A DNA stretch of 64,000 nucleotides from NCBI RefSeq assembly GCF_009914755.1, contig NC_060927.1; one strand, 5' to 3'. A program made the translations under genes and the position numbers. The notes beneath the pieces were generated by a model. The model was not told where the DNA came from. It worked only from the letters and a program-made list of their open reading frames with translations, and searched no databases. This document shows positions 13,486 to 28,066 of the stretch, piece by piece. The first letter of the stretch is position 1. Each line of letters opens with the position of its first letter. Source of the DNA: the human T2T-CHM13v2.0 reference genome, Homo sapiens.

Positions 13486-14959
13486 AATTTTCAGCTATGT
13501 AACACAAGTCCTCTCTTTAAGACAAATTCGTTAGAAAATAACCCCCCAGAAACAAGAATATATTGACTTGTTACATAAAGTCTGTAGATATAAACCGGTT
13601 AAATATTGAAAGACACCCGCCAAAAATATAATTATATATCGTTTAGAGTAGTTGATTTCTGGACTTTCTTTTGCATCGAATTTAATAGACTATACTTATT
13701 TTGGATAAGGTCATATAGTCCTGACTTATTAGAGTAAAACTATATAAATAGATAAAGAGGGTTGCTTTTCCTCATATTTCCTACTAAGGGGATGTGATTA
13801 TAAATCAAAGGTATCAAGTGTTCAGCTGTTCCTATAAAATATTGTCAGTATCCTATTAGATATTTTTAAGATGCTGATTTCTCAGAATTGGTTTTGTGAA
13901 ATAAGTTCACAATGAGCATCTATAACCAGGGATTATAGTGAATTCATTCAGCATGGCACATATTAGATCCTGGCCACAGAGTTCACATCTTAGGAAGGCC
14001 CACTAAAAGCCACAAGTCCCCTTTCTTGCTTTCAGAATAATCTGAGAGTTAACCGAGAAAGAGAACAATGTTATGATGAGATAGTTATGCCTAACTATGT
14101 CACCTCCTTCTTTTGTGGGACACTGGCCTTAGAAGCCCAGTATTACAATTTACCTAGTGGAAAACGTGCATAATGAGCTAATTGGTTACAATGAAGGAAT
14201 AAATAATTGCCTTATTAAAAAGTATGATATAGTGTTGGACAAAACAGATATACCTAAAACAGGTTGAAATGATAATTATTGAGTCCATTGTTTAATGCTG
14301 TCCATAAATATTTCTAGAGGCAAGAAATATTTCTCAAGTGGTATATTGAGTTTGAAAATTTCTAATGATTTATACACATATTTTAAACTGTTCAATTACA
14401 TGGTACATAAACTCAGCAGAAGGGATGGTACATAATAAAATACTGATGATGTAGTTTTCCCAAGTAAGAAAAAAACATCTAAAAGTTGGAAACAGGACAA
14501 ATAGGTAGATGACATGTATATTCTTTCTATGCAGGAGGATGGGCCCACCCAAGGTTTAGGAAAATATAATTTTCAATTGGCTGCATACTATTGCTTAAAA
14601 GCCTTACTCAGTATTTAGTAAAGTTAAATGGTTCTTTATTGATTTTTCTGAAATAGATAGCTAAATAATTTGCATCTGAAAGAACAAGTAAATCAAAGTT
14701 AGTTTACTGCCCTTTTGGACATTAACCAGTTTTAAAGGCAATTTAGCAGTTTTAACAATCTTTTATTAAATTGGCTATTGCTTATAAATAACTAGTTTCT
14801 CAAATGTTAATGTTTTCTACATAAATTAGTTGAATAAAATATTTTTCTTGATTTCATTTTATGTTTTTATATGAGTTCCACAATTTTTCATTTGAAAAAT
14901 TATACTTCAACAGCCCTAAATCCACACAGCAAATTAGTAATACCTTCTTAATGTTTTAC

Positions 14960-15570
14960 CTCTTTAAACAGCTTCCTCTACAACCAAATGCTAGTGCTTT
15001 ATCCATGTTGCTATTGCCTTAAATCCTTTTTGCCTACAGCATAAAATCCAAACCTTTTGTGAAATAATTCTAGTCCAGAAAATGTAACTTCTGCCTACTT
15101 CACCATCATTTTGTTTTCCTGCATCTACCCTCATATTCTATGCTCAAACCTACTGAGTTGCTTATTACTCTGACTATGCCCAGCTGTTTTATGGAAACAT
15201 TCTGCTTTTGCTATTATATTATTTTTGTCTGGAATGGTTTTCTTCTGAAGAGCTGACCCACCCCTTGCCATTTTTTACAAAAATCTCAAATATAATTTTC
15301 TTAAAATACATATTTCTGGACTAATCACCTCACTTTGCCCCAGGTAAAACAGGATTTCTTCCACAGTTTCCTCATTCTAACTTAATAGCTCTCTGAATGC
15401 ACCTGAAATTCTTTATTACACTTATCTGTGTACATGTATTCCTCCATTTACCAAGCTCTATTATTCTTAGGGAGGGTTGTGTATTACACAGTTTTGTATG
15501 TCTTAGCAATTCTGTTGCATAGTTTCCGATGCACAGAAGGTACCTGATCCATGATTATTGTAAACGAAAA
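14960..15570 (+). mobile_element. L2 fragment
   Basis: 'cctacagcataaaatccaaacc' and pyrimidine-rich L2-like body. Confidence 0.55.
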
Positions 15571-16439
15571 TAGTGACAGATATGGATTGGGGAGACATTC
15601 ACCCCATTATGTTATGTGGCCTAACATAATGGAGTGAAAGCTGGGAGGGATTTTATCCATCAGCCGGCTTAGAGTTTCTAAAGAAATTATGGTCTGTATG
15701 AGTAAGCCATGTAAATTACACATTTTAGACATAAGCAAAAGAACATAGAAAAATCTGTTTACTTGTTGAGAAACACTCAATGATGCCAGTCCCTCATTTT
15801 GTATGAAGTTGAGGCCCCCCAAATAAACAAATTGTCCATGGCTACACAAATCTATTTACTGACTTGTAATTAGCTGCTTTGTTTTGAATCCCAAAGTATT
15901 CTAATAACTAGTACTCAGGACCTGAAGTATGTTTTACAAGGTACTTTTTGGTTTTGATAATGAATTAGCCTTGCCTTTAGAAACTGTGTTTATAAGCAAA
16001 GTGAAGCCTGCGAAGAGGAATATGACTACCTTACACCACATTGCTTTTTCACCATCCCCAAAGACACTCTGACCTTTCCATTTCAGTTTCTTCACTCTCT
16101 ATGATACACTACATCCTCCTCAGAGTAACATCATAGGGTCATTTCAGTTTTCTTCTGAGACAAAGTAACATTACACAGCACAGTTTTTGCTAATAACTTG
16201 ACCTTTCGATTCAGTGATGCTCATATTGATAGCATAAGAGATTTCCTTAAGAAAGAAAGAAAAAGGAAAATATCAAGAGGTTTATGTTATTCAGTTAGTT
16301 AGAAATTCTGGCAAATTTACTACCATGGAATACAGTTAGAAAGTCTAACAAAGTTCCTTTTCCTTTTTGTATGCAGTACTACAAAACATATTTTGTTTAT
16401 TTTAGGCAAATAATGACTAAATTAAAAAATAAAAATATT

Positions 16440-16720
<281 letters not shown>

Positions 16721-18379
16721 TTGCTCAATGCAAACAGATTTTTTAAGTAACAGAGTAAGGAAGAGATGGTTGGAACAGTCTTAACAAGTGGCATGGGGAA
16801 AAATGGTCATCATTATTTACACAACAATAATGATTACAGACCTGAAAGCAATTTTGTGATGAAATCATATTTTAAATAATAAATTTTTTTTCAAAATATA
16901 TAATACTAACATTTAAATGTTTGTCTAATTCCTGGAAATAAAGTTTCTTGGGAATAAAACATGACAATATTCATATTTTTTTTCCTTTTGAGAAACAGAT
17001 ATCGAAGGTAACGTGTTTAAAAGAAAGAGACATGTTTACCAACAGGTAGTGCGATTTGCCATTCTTAAAATGCAAAATATTTCTGATTCATTTTTCTTCT
17101 TTTCTCTCTTCCTTCTTTAATCCAACCTCTTTTCTATACTCCTAATTATTTAACTGTTCAAGAATGGTATTTTTGCTGTCAGTACATTTCCAGAGCCAAT
17201 GAAAGGAGAAGGGAATAAAGAAGCAGTAATTATTTTATTTGAGAGAATAATCAAAGATTTCATGGTTGCAAATATATTCATCTGTTAACTATCTATTCTG
17301 TTGGCAACATACTAACTAAAATCTAGTCATATACCACTGAGAATATTGGATTCATACACTGTGATGTAGGTGGATTTGTAAACAAGATTATTTTTAAAGT
17401 TGTATTGACTTCATTGATTTTCATAAGGGTGTACACTGCTCTATGTAATGGAGTTTTTATTGCAATTTACAGGTAAACAGCTGAAATACCTTAGGGCATT
17501 TTTTTTCCTATCTATAATAGTAGAAGCTAAAGATGGAATGTGTCACCATTAACCTTGAGACTATTGCATATTACAGGCTTGTATTTCAAGCATCCATTAT
17601 TTAAATATGTCTGTGTGGTTATAATATTTACTCAGCTCACAAAAGACATTATGAATCCTATATTTCAGGATTTATTTCAAAAGGCCTTTAAAACAAAGGA
17701 TACATACTTTTTATGTGTTTTAATAATAAAAGTTACTTTTTGTCCTGTAATATGTCCTGTTTAAAATGCCATCATTGATTTAACATGCGTGCACCAACAT
17801 CCACAAATTTACACACATACATTCCAACTGCGAAAGCCCCAGTAAATATTAAATTATTTCACCATTCTTACTTTCTATGGTCACAGCCTCTTGAGAAAGA
17901 ATGATTACTTTACTAGGAGGCTTCTACAACTTTAAGCTGACATCTAGTTGCTGAAAGTTGATTCTCCTCACTCAGGCTCTTCCATGATTAAATATCTCAA
18001 TATTTAAAGTGTTTTGGAATGAGACAAAGTGGTGGTTTTTAGATAATGATGGATAATCTGCTTGAAAACATGAAATGACAAAACCCCATTTGTTATATGG
18101 GAACAACACATATGTAAGAATCTGAGCTAGTAAGTCCCATCTTGATTTCAGCCAATATACTGGGATAAATTATTATATAAGTAGTTTAATACCTTCTACT
18201 TTAACTGCTTCTACCTAAAGCTATGTCTTTACTCCCTGTAAGGCAGGACAAAAAACAAAATGGAAAGATCTGAGTACCTGTGGACTTGGATAGCTAGATT
18301 TGAATACTAGGCTTACAACTGTATAACTATAGAAAGTTTATTTAACTTTCTAGATGAGTGCATTTCATTGGAAAGTTAA

Positions 18380-18536
18380 ATTATTTCCCTGAATCATTTT
18401 CCTCATCTATAAAATGGAGATAATAATACTTTCTTCCTCATAGTTATTGCAAGGATTACATTAATTCACATATGTAAAACACTTAAAAAGTTGCTGGCAT
18501 ATAGTAAGTGTCTAATAATATTTTCTATTATTATTA
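18380..18536 (+). mobile_element. MIR
   Basis: Core 'tttcctcatctataaaatggagataataata' and 3' 'ctggcatatagtaagtgtctaataa'. Confidence 0.85.
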
Positions 18537-18537
18537 C

Positions 18538-19132
18538 TGTGGTAGGCAAAATAATAAACCTTCAAAGAGGTCCATACCCTAATCTCCAGAGACGGGGAAT
18601 GTGTTACCTTACGTGGTAAAGGGGACTTTGTGATATGATTAAGGTTACAAACCTTGAGATGGGGGTATTACACTGGAATCTCCTGGTGCATCCAATCTAA
18701 TCACATAAACTCTTAAAAGCCAAGAGAGAGGCAGAGGAACGCATCAAAGAGGTGAGACAGAAGGAGAGATTTGAAGCATCAGAGAAATTGACCCACAGTC
18801 ATTTACTTTGAAAAGCAGGGGGACTCAGGCAAAAAAAAAAAAAAATGCAGGTGACCTCTGGAAGCTGGAACTGGTGCTGAGCTGACAGCCAGCAACAAAA
18901 CAGGGATCTCACTACTACAGCTTTAATGATTATACCAATAATCCAAATGATCAAGGAAAAAAATCATCCTTTAAAACCTCCAGAATGGAATGCAGCTTTG
19001 ACAGCATCTTGATTTTAACCCAATTAGATCTGTGTCAGACTCCTACATACAGAACAATAAGATGACACATTTGTGTATTTTAAAACACTAAATTTGTGGT
19101 AGTTTCTTATGGCAGCAATCAAAATAGACACA
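18538..19132 (+). mobile_element. MLT1D/E-like (MaLR) solo LTR
   Basis: Starts 'tgtggtaggcaaaataat', ends 'ggcagcaatcaaaatagacaca'; perfect 5-bp TSD attac. Confidence 0.88.
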
Positions 19133-19873
19133 ATTACCATAATAATTATTTTTGTTAACTTTTAAGTTTCATCATGAGTAATTTGAAAGAACACCTGCTG
19201 CTAGACAAACCTCAAGAGTCTGTATTTCCAGGGATACAACTGATCTGCAAATATTCACTTTCAGAACCTGTGTTTTCTAGTAAGTCTCCAGGTTTTGCAA
19301 GGACAGGAAGATATTTGTAATTCATGTTGATTTTATGATGTTCACTCACGTAGAATGAAGAGCAATGTGTCACATTACTAAGTCTCTTGATAAGGGCAAT
19401 ATACTCCTGTCTTTTAATGTTATTTATACCAAATTTGTAGTCTTATAATCTTCTTTTCATTTATGGAGAAATTAGAAACAATAATTTTTTTTGTACCAAG
19501 CAGCTTAAAAATACATGAGAACATCTCGAGAAAATAAAGTTGGACTATTGTTTATACACAGAAGCACAGTGCTAAGTACACTATAACATGTATTGTTAGA
19601 CCTCAGAAAGAATGGAGTTGGTTTCCATGGAGCTCATACAATATCAACTATTCATATTACAATTTTTCTAGGAAATCTTCATGAACTCACTCGTTAGGGG
19701 CATCCATTAAAGTGATGTTTGTAATTTTTATTTAAAATCAGAAGATGGAAAGAATTTAAAAATCCTTTAAATATCAAAACACAATGTATTATAGAGGTGA
19801 GTAATAACTGCATATTAACTATCAACACATTATTGTCTGAGAATGCTAAAGCTGGAATAATTCTTGGATTATT

Positions 19874-19898
19874 ACACACACACACACACACACACACA
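19874..19898. repeat. (CA)n microsatellite
   Basis: About 12 AC units read directly. Confidence 0.95.
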
Positions 19899-20141
19899 AA
19901 CATACTAATTGCAAGGTGTCAATTTCAACATCACTTGAGTTTATTGGATATTCTTTTGTGTGACTGACATTGTGCCGAAATTACCAAGAAGCAGCAGCTG
20001 GTATATATAAACTCCTTTCTTTCATCTTTTTATGAAGACGAGACATAAAAAATATATATTTTATGTGAAGTAACTCACGTGACATTTCAGTTATTTTTCT
20101 GTACTTAGTTTTAAATTTAGCTATCACTTTTTACTATATGA

Positions 20142-20435
<294 letters not shown>

Positions 20436-20605
20436 AGAGGGAGGGAGAGCATCAAGAAGAATAGCTAATGGATGTCGGGCTTAATACCTGGGTGGTGGGT
20501 TGACCTATGCAGCAAACCACCATGGCACACATTTACCTATGAAACAAACCTGCACATACTGCACATGTACCCTGGAAGTTAAAATAAAAGCTGAAGAAAA
20601 AATAA
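20436..20605 (+). mobile_element. L1PA (about PA8-12) 3' terminal fragment
   Basis: 'gcagcaaaccaccatggcacacatttacctatg', 'gcacatgtaccctggaagttaaaataaaa'. Confidence 0.9.
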
Positions 20606-21352
20606 CATAAATTATCTACACTTAATAATGTTAAGCCAAGTTTAATTTTTAAGTCTAAAACTACTTGTTTAGGCACTATACTAATGCTCTAAATTATTTT
20701 AAACTATTAATACAAAGTAAGACGTTATACAAGGTTATATCAGAAAAAGCAGCTGAAGACAGACTAAGGGAAAAAAGTAATATGTGCCCCTTTTGTTTGG
20801 TGATATTATCAAATCCCCACCATCACTGCAGATATCTACAATTTCTGCATATTTGTTCCCAGTTTTAAACACACGAATACTTCAGTTCTCTTACAAATTA
20901 GCCATAATATCCAGTGGTATCTCACGCAGAATAAGTAGCCTCTCAATGTCCAATTATCATTTGCAAAAAATTTTTCAGAGGTCACAAACCCAATCCAATC
21001 CTTTGATGACGCATCAAAATTAGTGCCTATAAGTTATTTGCCTCTAATCCTTTTATGCCCTTTATTTGGCTGCAAACTGTTTGATTTTTAAAAGAGAAAC
21101 AGCTGTGAATATTGCCCCTTTTAAAAATATGCCAAAAGTCACACTGAAATGTTCTTACCTAAAAATATTTAATCTTTCATGATTATCACATTAAACAGAA
21201 GCAGAACTTCACAGGAGAGACATTCGCTACTACATAGAAGTCTTACTTATCTACAGAGCGACTTGATTTTTAATTATCTCATCTGAGACGTTACACAAGA
21301 TTCAGGCAAAGAAAAGATGAAACTGTATCAAAAAGAAAAGCTATTCATTTAC

Positions 21353-21657
21353 TTTTTTTTTTTTTTTTTCCCCCCGAGACGGAGTTTCGCTCTTGTTGCC
21401 CAGGCTGGAGTGCAATGGCGCGATCTCGGGCGCACCGCAACCTCAGTCTCTCGGGTTCAAGCGATTATCCTGTCTCAGCCTCCCAAGTAGCTGGGATTAT
21501 AGGCATGCGCCACCACGCCCGGCTAATTTTGTGTTTTTGCTAGAGATGGGGTTTCTCCATGTTGGTCAGGCTGGTCTCAAACTCCCGACCTCAGGTGATC
21601 CGCCCAGCTCAGCCTCCCAAAGCGCTGGGATTATAGGCGTGAACCACGGTGCCAAGC
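21353..21657 (-). mobile_element. Alu, AluSp-like
   Basis: 'gagtttcgctcttgttgccc', 'tttctccatgttggtcagg'; TSD tcattta. Confidence 0.95.
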
Positions 21658-21725
21658 TCATTTATAAATCTTAACCATTTCAACTATTGAACATAGATGA
21701 TACAAAGTTATTTTTCATTACGCTT

Positions 21726-21875
21726 TTGGTCCAGGAATATTTTTATATTTGACTATCTTATTACAGTGTGAAATAAACTAAGACTCATTTAGAGATTTAC
21801 CTACAAGCTAAAATGAGTCTTAGTTTATTTCACACTGAAATAAAATAGTCAAATATAAGAATATTCCTTGACCAA
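21726..21875. repeat. Long inverted repeat (67/68-bp arms, 15-nt spacer)
   Basis: 21726-21792 is the reverse complement of 21808-21875 with 4 mismatches and 1 indel. Confidence 0.95.
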
Positions 21876-22440
21876 GCTATCAACTAATAAGTTGATAGCT
21901 AATCTTAAAACAATTCAGCATCTACAAGCTAGTATTTGCTAGCAGAATATTTGACAGTTCTTTCTCATTTGTTAATTTCATTATTTTCTCATACAGAATC
22001 AACTTTGAAATTGAATTTAAACCAAACATGGTCCATATTTGTGTTTCACCAAATCTGTTTCTATCATTGCAGGTATTCAAATGAAATCTGAAAACTTTAA
22101 GCCCAAATTGAGTTGAGTCCACATATTCAAACATGAGTTCATGTAACTGCAATCATGAAGTTTAAATGTAACATCTCTATCCTATTATTGTCTATAGGTT
22201 TGTCTTCACAAAAAATAACAAAATCTATAAATTTAATGTCATTATAATTTTGATTCTCACATAATACTAACAGTCTAAATAAATACCATCTTAAACTGCA
22301 ATACAATAACAGTAAGGGTCTTCAAACCCCACCCTCAACAATGAACAGAACATACAGAACATTCATAAAAACAAAAAACTGGAACTTGAATTACATCTCA
22401 GAACAATTAGACCTCAAGGACATATATAGAACATTTCACT

Positions 22441-22573
22441 CACGTGGTATTTGTCTTTGAGTGCCTAGTTTATTTTGCTTAACATAATGTCCTCCAAGCT
22501 CATCCATGTTGCTGCAAAAGATAGAATTTAGTTATTTTTTAAGGCTGAATAGTATTCCATTGTGTGTGTGTGC

Positions 22574-22636
<63 letters not shown>

Positions 22637-24351
22637 ACATTTTCTTTATCCATTTATCTATTTATGAACATTTAGTTTGATTCCCTATTGTGGCTATTGT
22701 GAATTGTGCTGCAATAAACATGGGGTTACAGATGTCTCTGACATACTAATTTCTTTGTACCCAGTAGTGGAATGGCTGGATCATATGGTAGTTCTATTTT
22801 TAGTTTTCTAAGGAACTTTCTAAGGAACTTTCATACTGTTTTTCATAATGGCTGGATTGCTTTACATTCCTACCAACAATGTAAAGAGAGTTCTTCTTTC
22901 TCTGCATCTGCATCAGTATTTGTTTTTTTTATCTTTTTGATAATAGCCATTATTCATTATAGCTGGGGTGAGATTATATTTCACTATGGTTTTGACTTTT
23001 GACTTTTATTTCCCTGATGATTAGTGATGTTGACCATTTTTAGGTATATCTGTTGGGAATGTGTATGTTTTTGTTCGAAAAAATTCTGTTTAGCTCATTT
23101 ACCTGGTTTGTTAATTTTTTTTATTATTTTCTATTTCTTTTTCTTTTTCTTTCCTTTTTTTTTTGGTGTTGACTTGCTTGAGTTCCTTATATAGTCTGGA
23201 TATTAATCCTTTGTTGGATGAATAATTTGCAAATATTTTATTTCATTCTTCTTGGTGTCTCTTTACTCTGTTGATTGTTTCCTTTCTTGGGCAGAAGGTT
23301 CTTAGTTTGATGTAATCTTATTTGTCTATTTTTGCTTTGTTGCCTGTGCTTTTGAGATTTTCATAAAATCTTTGCCCAGACCAATATCCTAAAGCGTTTC
23401 CCTTTGTTTTCTTGTAGTAGTTCCATAGTTTTTGGTTTCATGGTTGAGCCTTTAATGCATTTTGAGTTGATTTTTATATGTGGTGTGAGATTAGAGCCTA
23501 TTTTTATTTCTCCTTTAGGAGGATAAATATTTTCCCCAACACTTTTTATTGAAGAGACTGCCCTTTCCGCAGTGAATGTTCTAGACACGTTTGTCAAAAA
23601 TCAGTTGGCTATAAATACAAGAATGTATTTCTGGTTCTCTATTCTGTTCCATTGCTCTATGTGTCTGTTTCTAAGCCAGTACCATGCTGTCTTGATTACT
23701 ATAACTTCATAGTATATTTTGAAGTCAGGTAGTGTGATGTCTGCTGGTTTTTTTTTTTGTTTGTTTTTTTTTTTGGTCAGGATTGCTTTGACTATCTGAG
23801 ATCATTTGTCCTCCCATATGAACTTTAGGATTGCTTTTTCTATCTCTGTGAAGAATGTCACTGGAATTTTGATAGGGATTGCATTGAATCTGTAGATCAC
23901 TTTTGACAGTATCATCATTTTCACAGTGTTAATTCTTCCAATTCATAGACATGTGAGGTTTACTAATTTTTTGGTGTGTGTCCTCTCAACTTCTTTCATC
24001 AGTGCTCTATGGCTTTTCTTTTAGAGACTTTTACCTCTTGGTTAAATTTAGTCCCAGGTAGTTTAATTTTTTGTAGCTATTATGAATATGATATTGCTTT
24101 CTTAATTTACTTTTCTGCCAGTTTGTTGTTGGTTTATAAAAACGCTACTAATTTTTGTCTGTTTAATTTTGTATACTGAAACTTTATGAAATGTATTTTA
24201 CAGTTCTAAGAGTTTTTTGGTGGAACTTTTCAGATTTTCTATATGTAAGATAATGTTATCTGCATACCTGGTCAATCTGACTTCCTCCTTACCAACTTGG
24301 ATGCTCTTTGTTTCTTTCTCTTACCTAATTGCTCTTACTAGGACTTCTAGC
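22441..24351 (-). mobile_element. L1MA-like fragment (ORF2 RT to proximal 3' UTR) inserted antisense into the host L1
   Basis: T-rich L1 reverse sequence; ORF 23361-23597 has L1 ORF2-like 'LTPHIKINSKCIK'. Confidence 0.88.
22561..22633. repeat. (TG)n(TA)n compound microsatellite inside L1
   Basis: About 9 TG units followed by about 27 TA units. Confidence 0.95.
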
Positions 24352-24586
24352 ACTGCAGTAGAATCATTCTTCTCAAGTGCACATAGAACACTCTCCAAAA
24401 TATATTACATAATAAGCCACAGAACAAGTCAATAAATTTAAAAAGATCAAAATCACATAGTTTATTTTTTAACTACAGTGGTATAAAACCAGAAATCCAT
24501 AACAGAAGGAAAACCAGAAAATTCACAAACATGTGGATATTATACTAAATTATCCTGAAAAACTAACGGGTCAAAAAAGAATTCAA

Positions 24587-24894
<308 letters not shown>

Positions 24895-24940
24895 TCACAT
24901 AGGAAATTTAAAAATTTTTGTAACAAATGAAAATAGAAAC

Positions 24941-27225
24941 TGTATAAGCCCATTTTTGCACTGCTGATAAAGACACACCCAAAACTGGGAAGAAAAGGAG
25001 GTTTAATTTGACTTATAGTTCCACATGGCTTGGGGGGTGGTGTCTCACAATTATGACAGAGGGTGAAAATCACTGCTTACATGGTAGTGGCAAGAAAGAA
25101 TGAGGAAGAAGCAAAAGCAAAAACCCAGGATAAACCTATCAGATTTCTTGAGACTTAAGTCACTATCATGAGAATAGCACGGGAAAGACTGGCCCCCATG
25201 ATTCAGTTACCTTCCCCTGGGTCTTCTCCACAACATATGTGAATTCTGGGGATATAATTCAAGTTGAGATTTGGGTGGGGACGCAGCCAAACCATATCAT
25301 ACTGCCTCATCCCCTCCAAATCTCATGTCCTCACATTTCAAAACTAATCATGCCTTTCCAACAGTCCCTCAAAGTCTTAACTCATTTCACCATTAATCCA
25401 AAAGTCCACAGTCCAAAGTCTCATTTGAAAAAAGGCAAGTCCCTTTCAACTATGAGCCTGTAAAATAAAAAGCAAGCTAGTTTCTTCCTAAATACAATGG
25501 GGGTACAGGCATTGGGTAAATACAGCCATTCCAAATGGGAGAAATTGACCAAAAAGAAGCAGTTATGAGGTCAATGCAAGTCTGAAATCCAGCAGGGGAG
25601 TCAAATTTTAAAGCTCCAAAATGATCTCATTTGACTCCAGGTCTCACACCCAGGTCATGCTGATGCAAGAGGTAGGTTCCCATGGTCTTGGGCAGCTCCA
25701 TTCCTGTGGCTTTGCAGGGTACAGCCTCCCTCCTGCCTGCTTTCCTAGGCTGGTGCTGAGTGTCTATGGCTTTTCCAGGTACATGGTACAAGCTGTCAGT
25801 GGATCTACCATTCTGGGATCTGGAGGACAGTGGCCCTCTTCTCACAGTTCCACAAAGGCAGTGCCCCAGTAAGGACTCTGTATGGGGGCTCTGAACCCAC
25901 ATTTCCTTTCCATACTGCCCTACCAAGAGGTTCTCCATGAGGCCCCTGCCCCTGCAGTAAACTTTTGTCTGGGAATCCAGGTGTTTCCATACATCTTCTG
26001 AAATCTAGGCAGAGGATCCCAAACCTCAATTCTTGACTTCTGTGCACCCACCGGCTCAAGACCAAGTGGAATTGCCAAGGCCTGGGGCTTCCACCCTCTG
26101 AAGCCATAGCCAGAGCTGTACATTGGCCCCTTTCAGCCATGGCTGTGGAGACTGGGACACAGAGCACCAAGTCCCTAGGCTGCACACAGCACGGGGACTC
26201 TGGGCTTGGCCCATGAAACTACTTTTTCCTCTTGGATCTTTGGGCCTGTGATGGCAGGGGTTACCGTGAAAGTCTCTGACATAACCTGGAGACAGTTTCC
26301 CCATTGTCTTGGGGATTAACATTAGGCTTCTTGCTACCTATGCAAATTTCTGTAGCTGTCTTGAATTTCTCCTCATAAAATGGATTTTTCTTTTCTACTG
26401 CATCATCAGGCTGCAAGTTTTCTGAACTTTTATGTTGTTTCCCTTCTAAAATGGAATGCTTTTAACAGCACCCAAGTCATGTTTTCAATGCTTTGCTGCT
26501 TAAAATTTTTTTCTGCCAGATATCCTAAATCATCTCTCTCAGGTTCAAAGTTCCACACATCTCTAGGACAGGGTCAAAATGCCGCCAGTCTCTTTGCTAA
26601 AACATAACAAGAGTCACCTTTGCTCCAGTTCCCAACAAGTTCCTCATCTCCATCTGCGACCGCCTTAGCCAGGACCTTACTGTCATATCATTATCAGCAT
26701 TTTTGTCAAACCCATTTAACAAGTTTCTAGGCGGTATCAAACTTTCCCACATTTTCCTGTCTTCTTCTGAGCCCTCCAAACTGTTCAAACCTCACCCTGT
26801 TACCCAGTTTCAAATCACGTCCACATTTTTGGGTATCTTTTCAGCAACTCCCCACTCCTGGTACCAATTTACTCTATTAGTCTGTTTTCATGCTGCTGCT
26901 AAAGACATACCTGAGACTGGGAAGAAAAGGAGGTTTAATTTGACTTACAGTTCCACATGGCTGGGGAGGTCTCACAATTATGGCAGATGGAAAAATACAC
27001 TTCTTACATGGTGGTGGCAAGACTGAATGAAGAAGCAGCAAAAGTGGAAACCCCTGATAAAACCATCAGATCTCGTGAGACTTAAGTCACTATCATGAGA
27101 TAGCAAGGGAAAGAACTGCCCCCGTTATTTAATTACCTTCACCTGGGTCCTTCCCACAACATGTGGAATTTTGGGAGACACAATTCAAGCTGAGACTTGG
27201 GTGTGGACATAGCTAAACCATATCA
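24941..27225 (-). mobile_element. Full-length THE1 (THE1C-like) MaLR element: LTR, ~1.57 kb internal region, LTR
   Basis: LTRs at 24941-25299 and 26873-27225, both ending 'aaaccatatca'; THE1-int between them; perfect 5-bp TSD gaaac. Confidence 0.95.
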
Positions 27226-27763
27226 GAAACACAATATGTCAAAACTTAAGGGATGCATCAAAAGCAGTTTCAGGAGGGAATTTTATAGCAATAAATGCAT
27301 ACATGTAAAAAAAGAAGGAACTCAAATGAACAATCTAATGTTACACCTCAAGGAACTAGAAGAAGATCAAACTAAACCCACATTTAGTAGAAAAAAAAAT
27401 AACAAAGACTAAGGCTATAATAAATGAAATAGAGACTAGAAAAACAAAAGAAAATATCAATGTGAGTTTATTTTTTAAATATAAAATTGACAAATCTTTA
27501 GCTAGAGTAAGAAAGACAAGACTCAATTAAACAAAATCAGAAAGAGTAGACATTAAAACTGGTACCACAAAAATACAAAGAATCATAAAATACAGCTATG
27601 AATAATTGTATACCGAATATTGAATATCCTTTTCTCTAATATCAGGAGTAAGATACTTATGCCCATTCTTACCACTTCTATTCAACATACTTCTGGAAGT
27701 CCTAGCCAGAGCAATTGGACAAGTAAAAGAAATAAATACATTCCAATTAAAAAGGAAGACGTT

Positions 27764-28066
<303 letters not shown>

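Noticed and set aside
25239-27026. Cluster of 60-126 aa ORFs
   Set aside because: All lie within THE1 LTR or internal sequence, with no coherent frame
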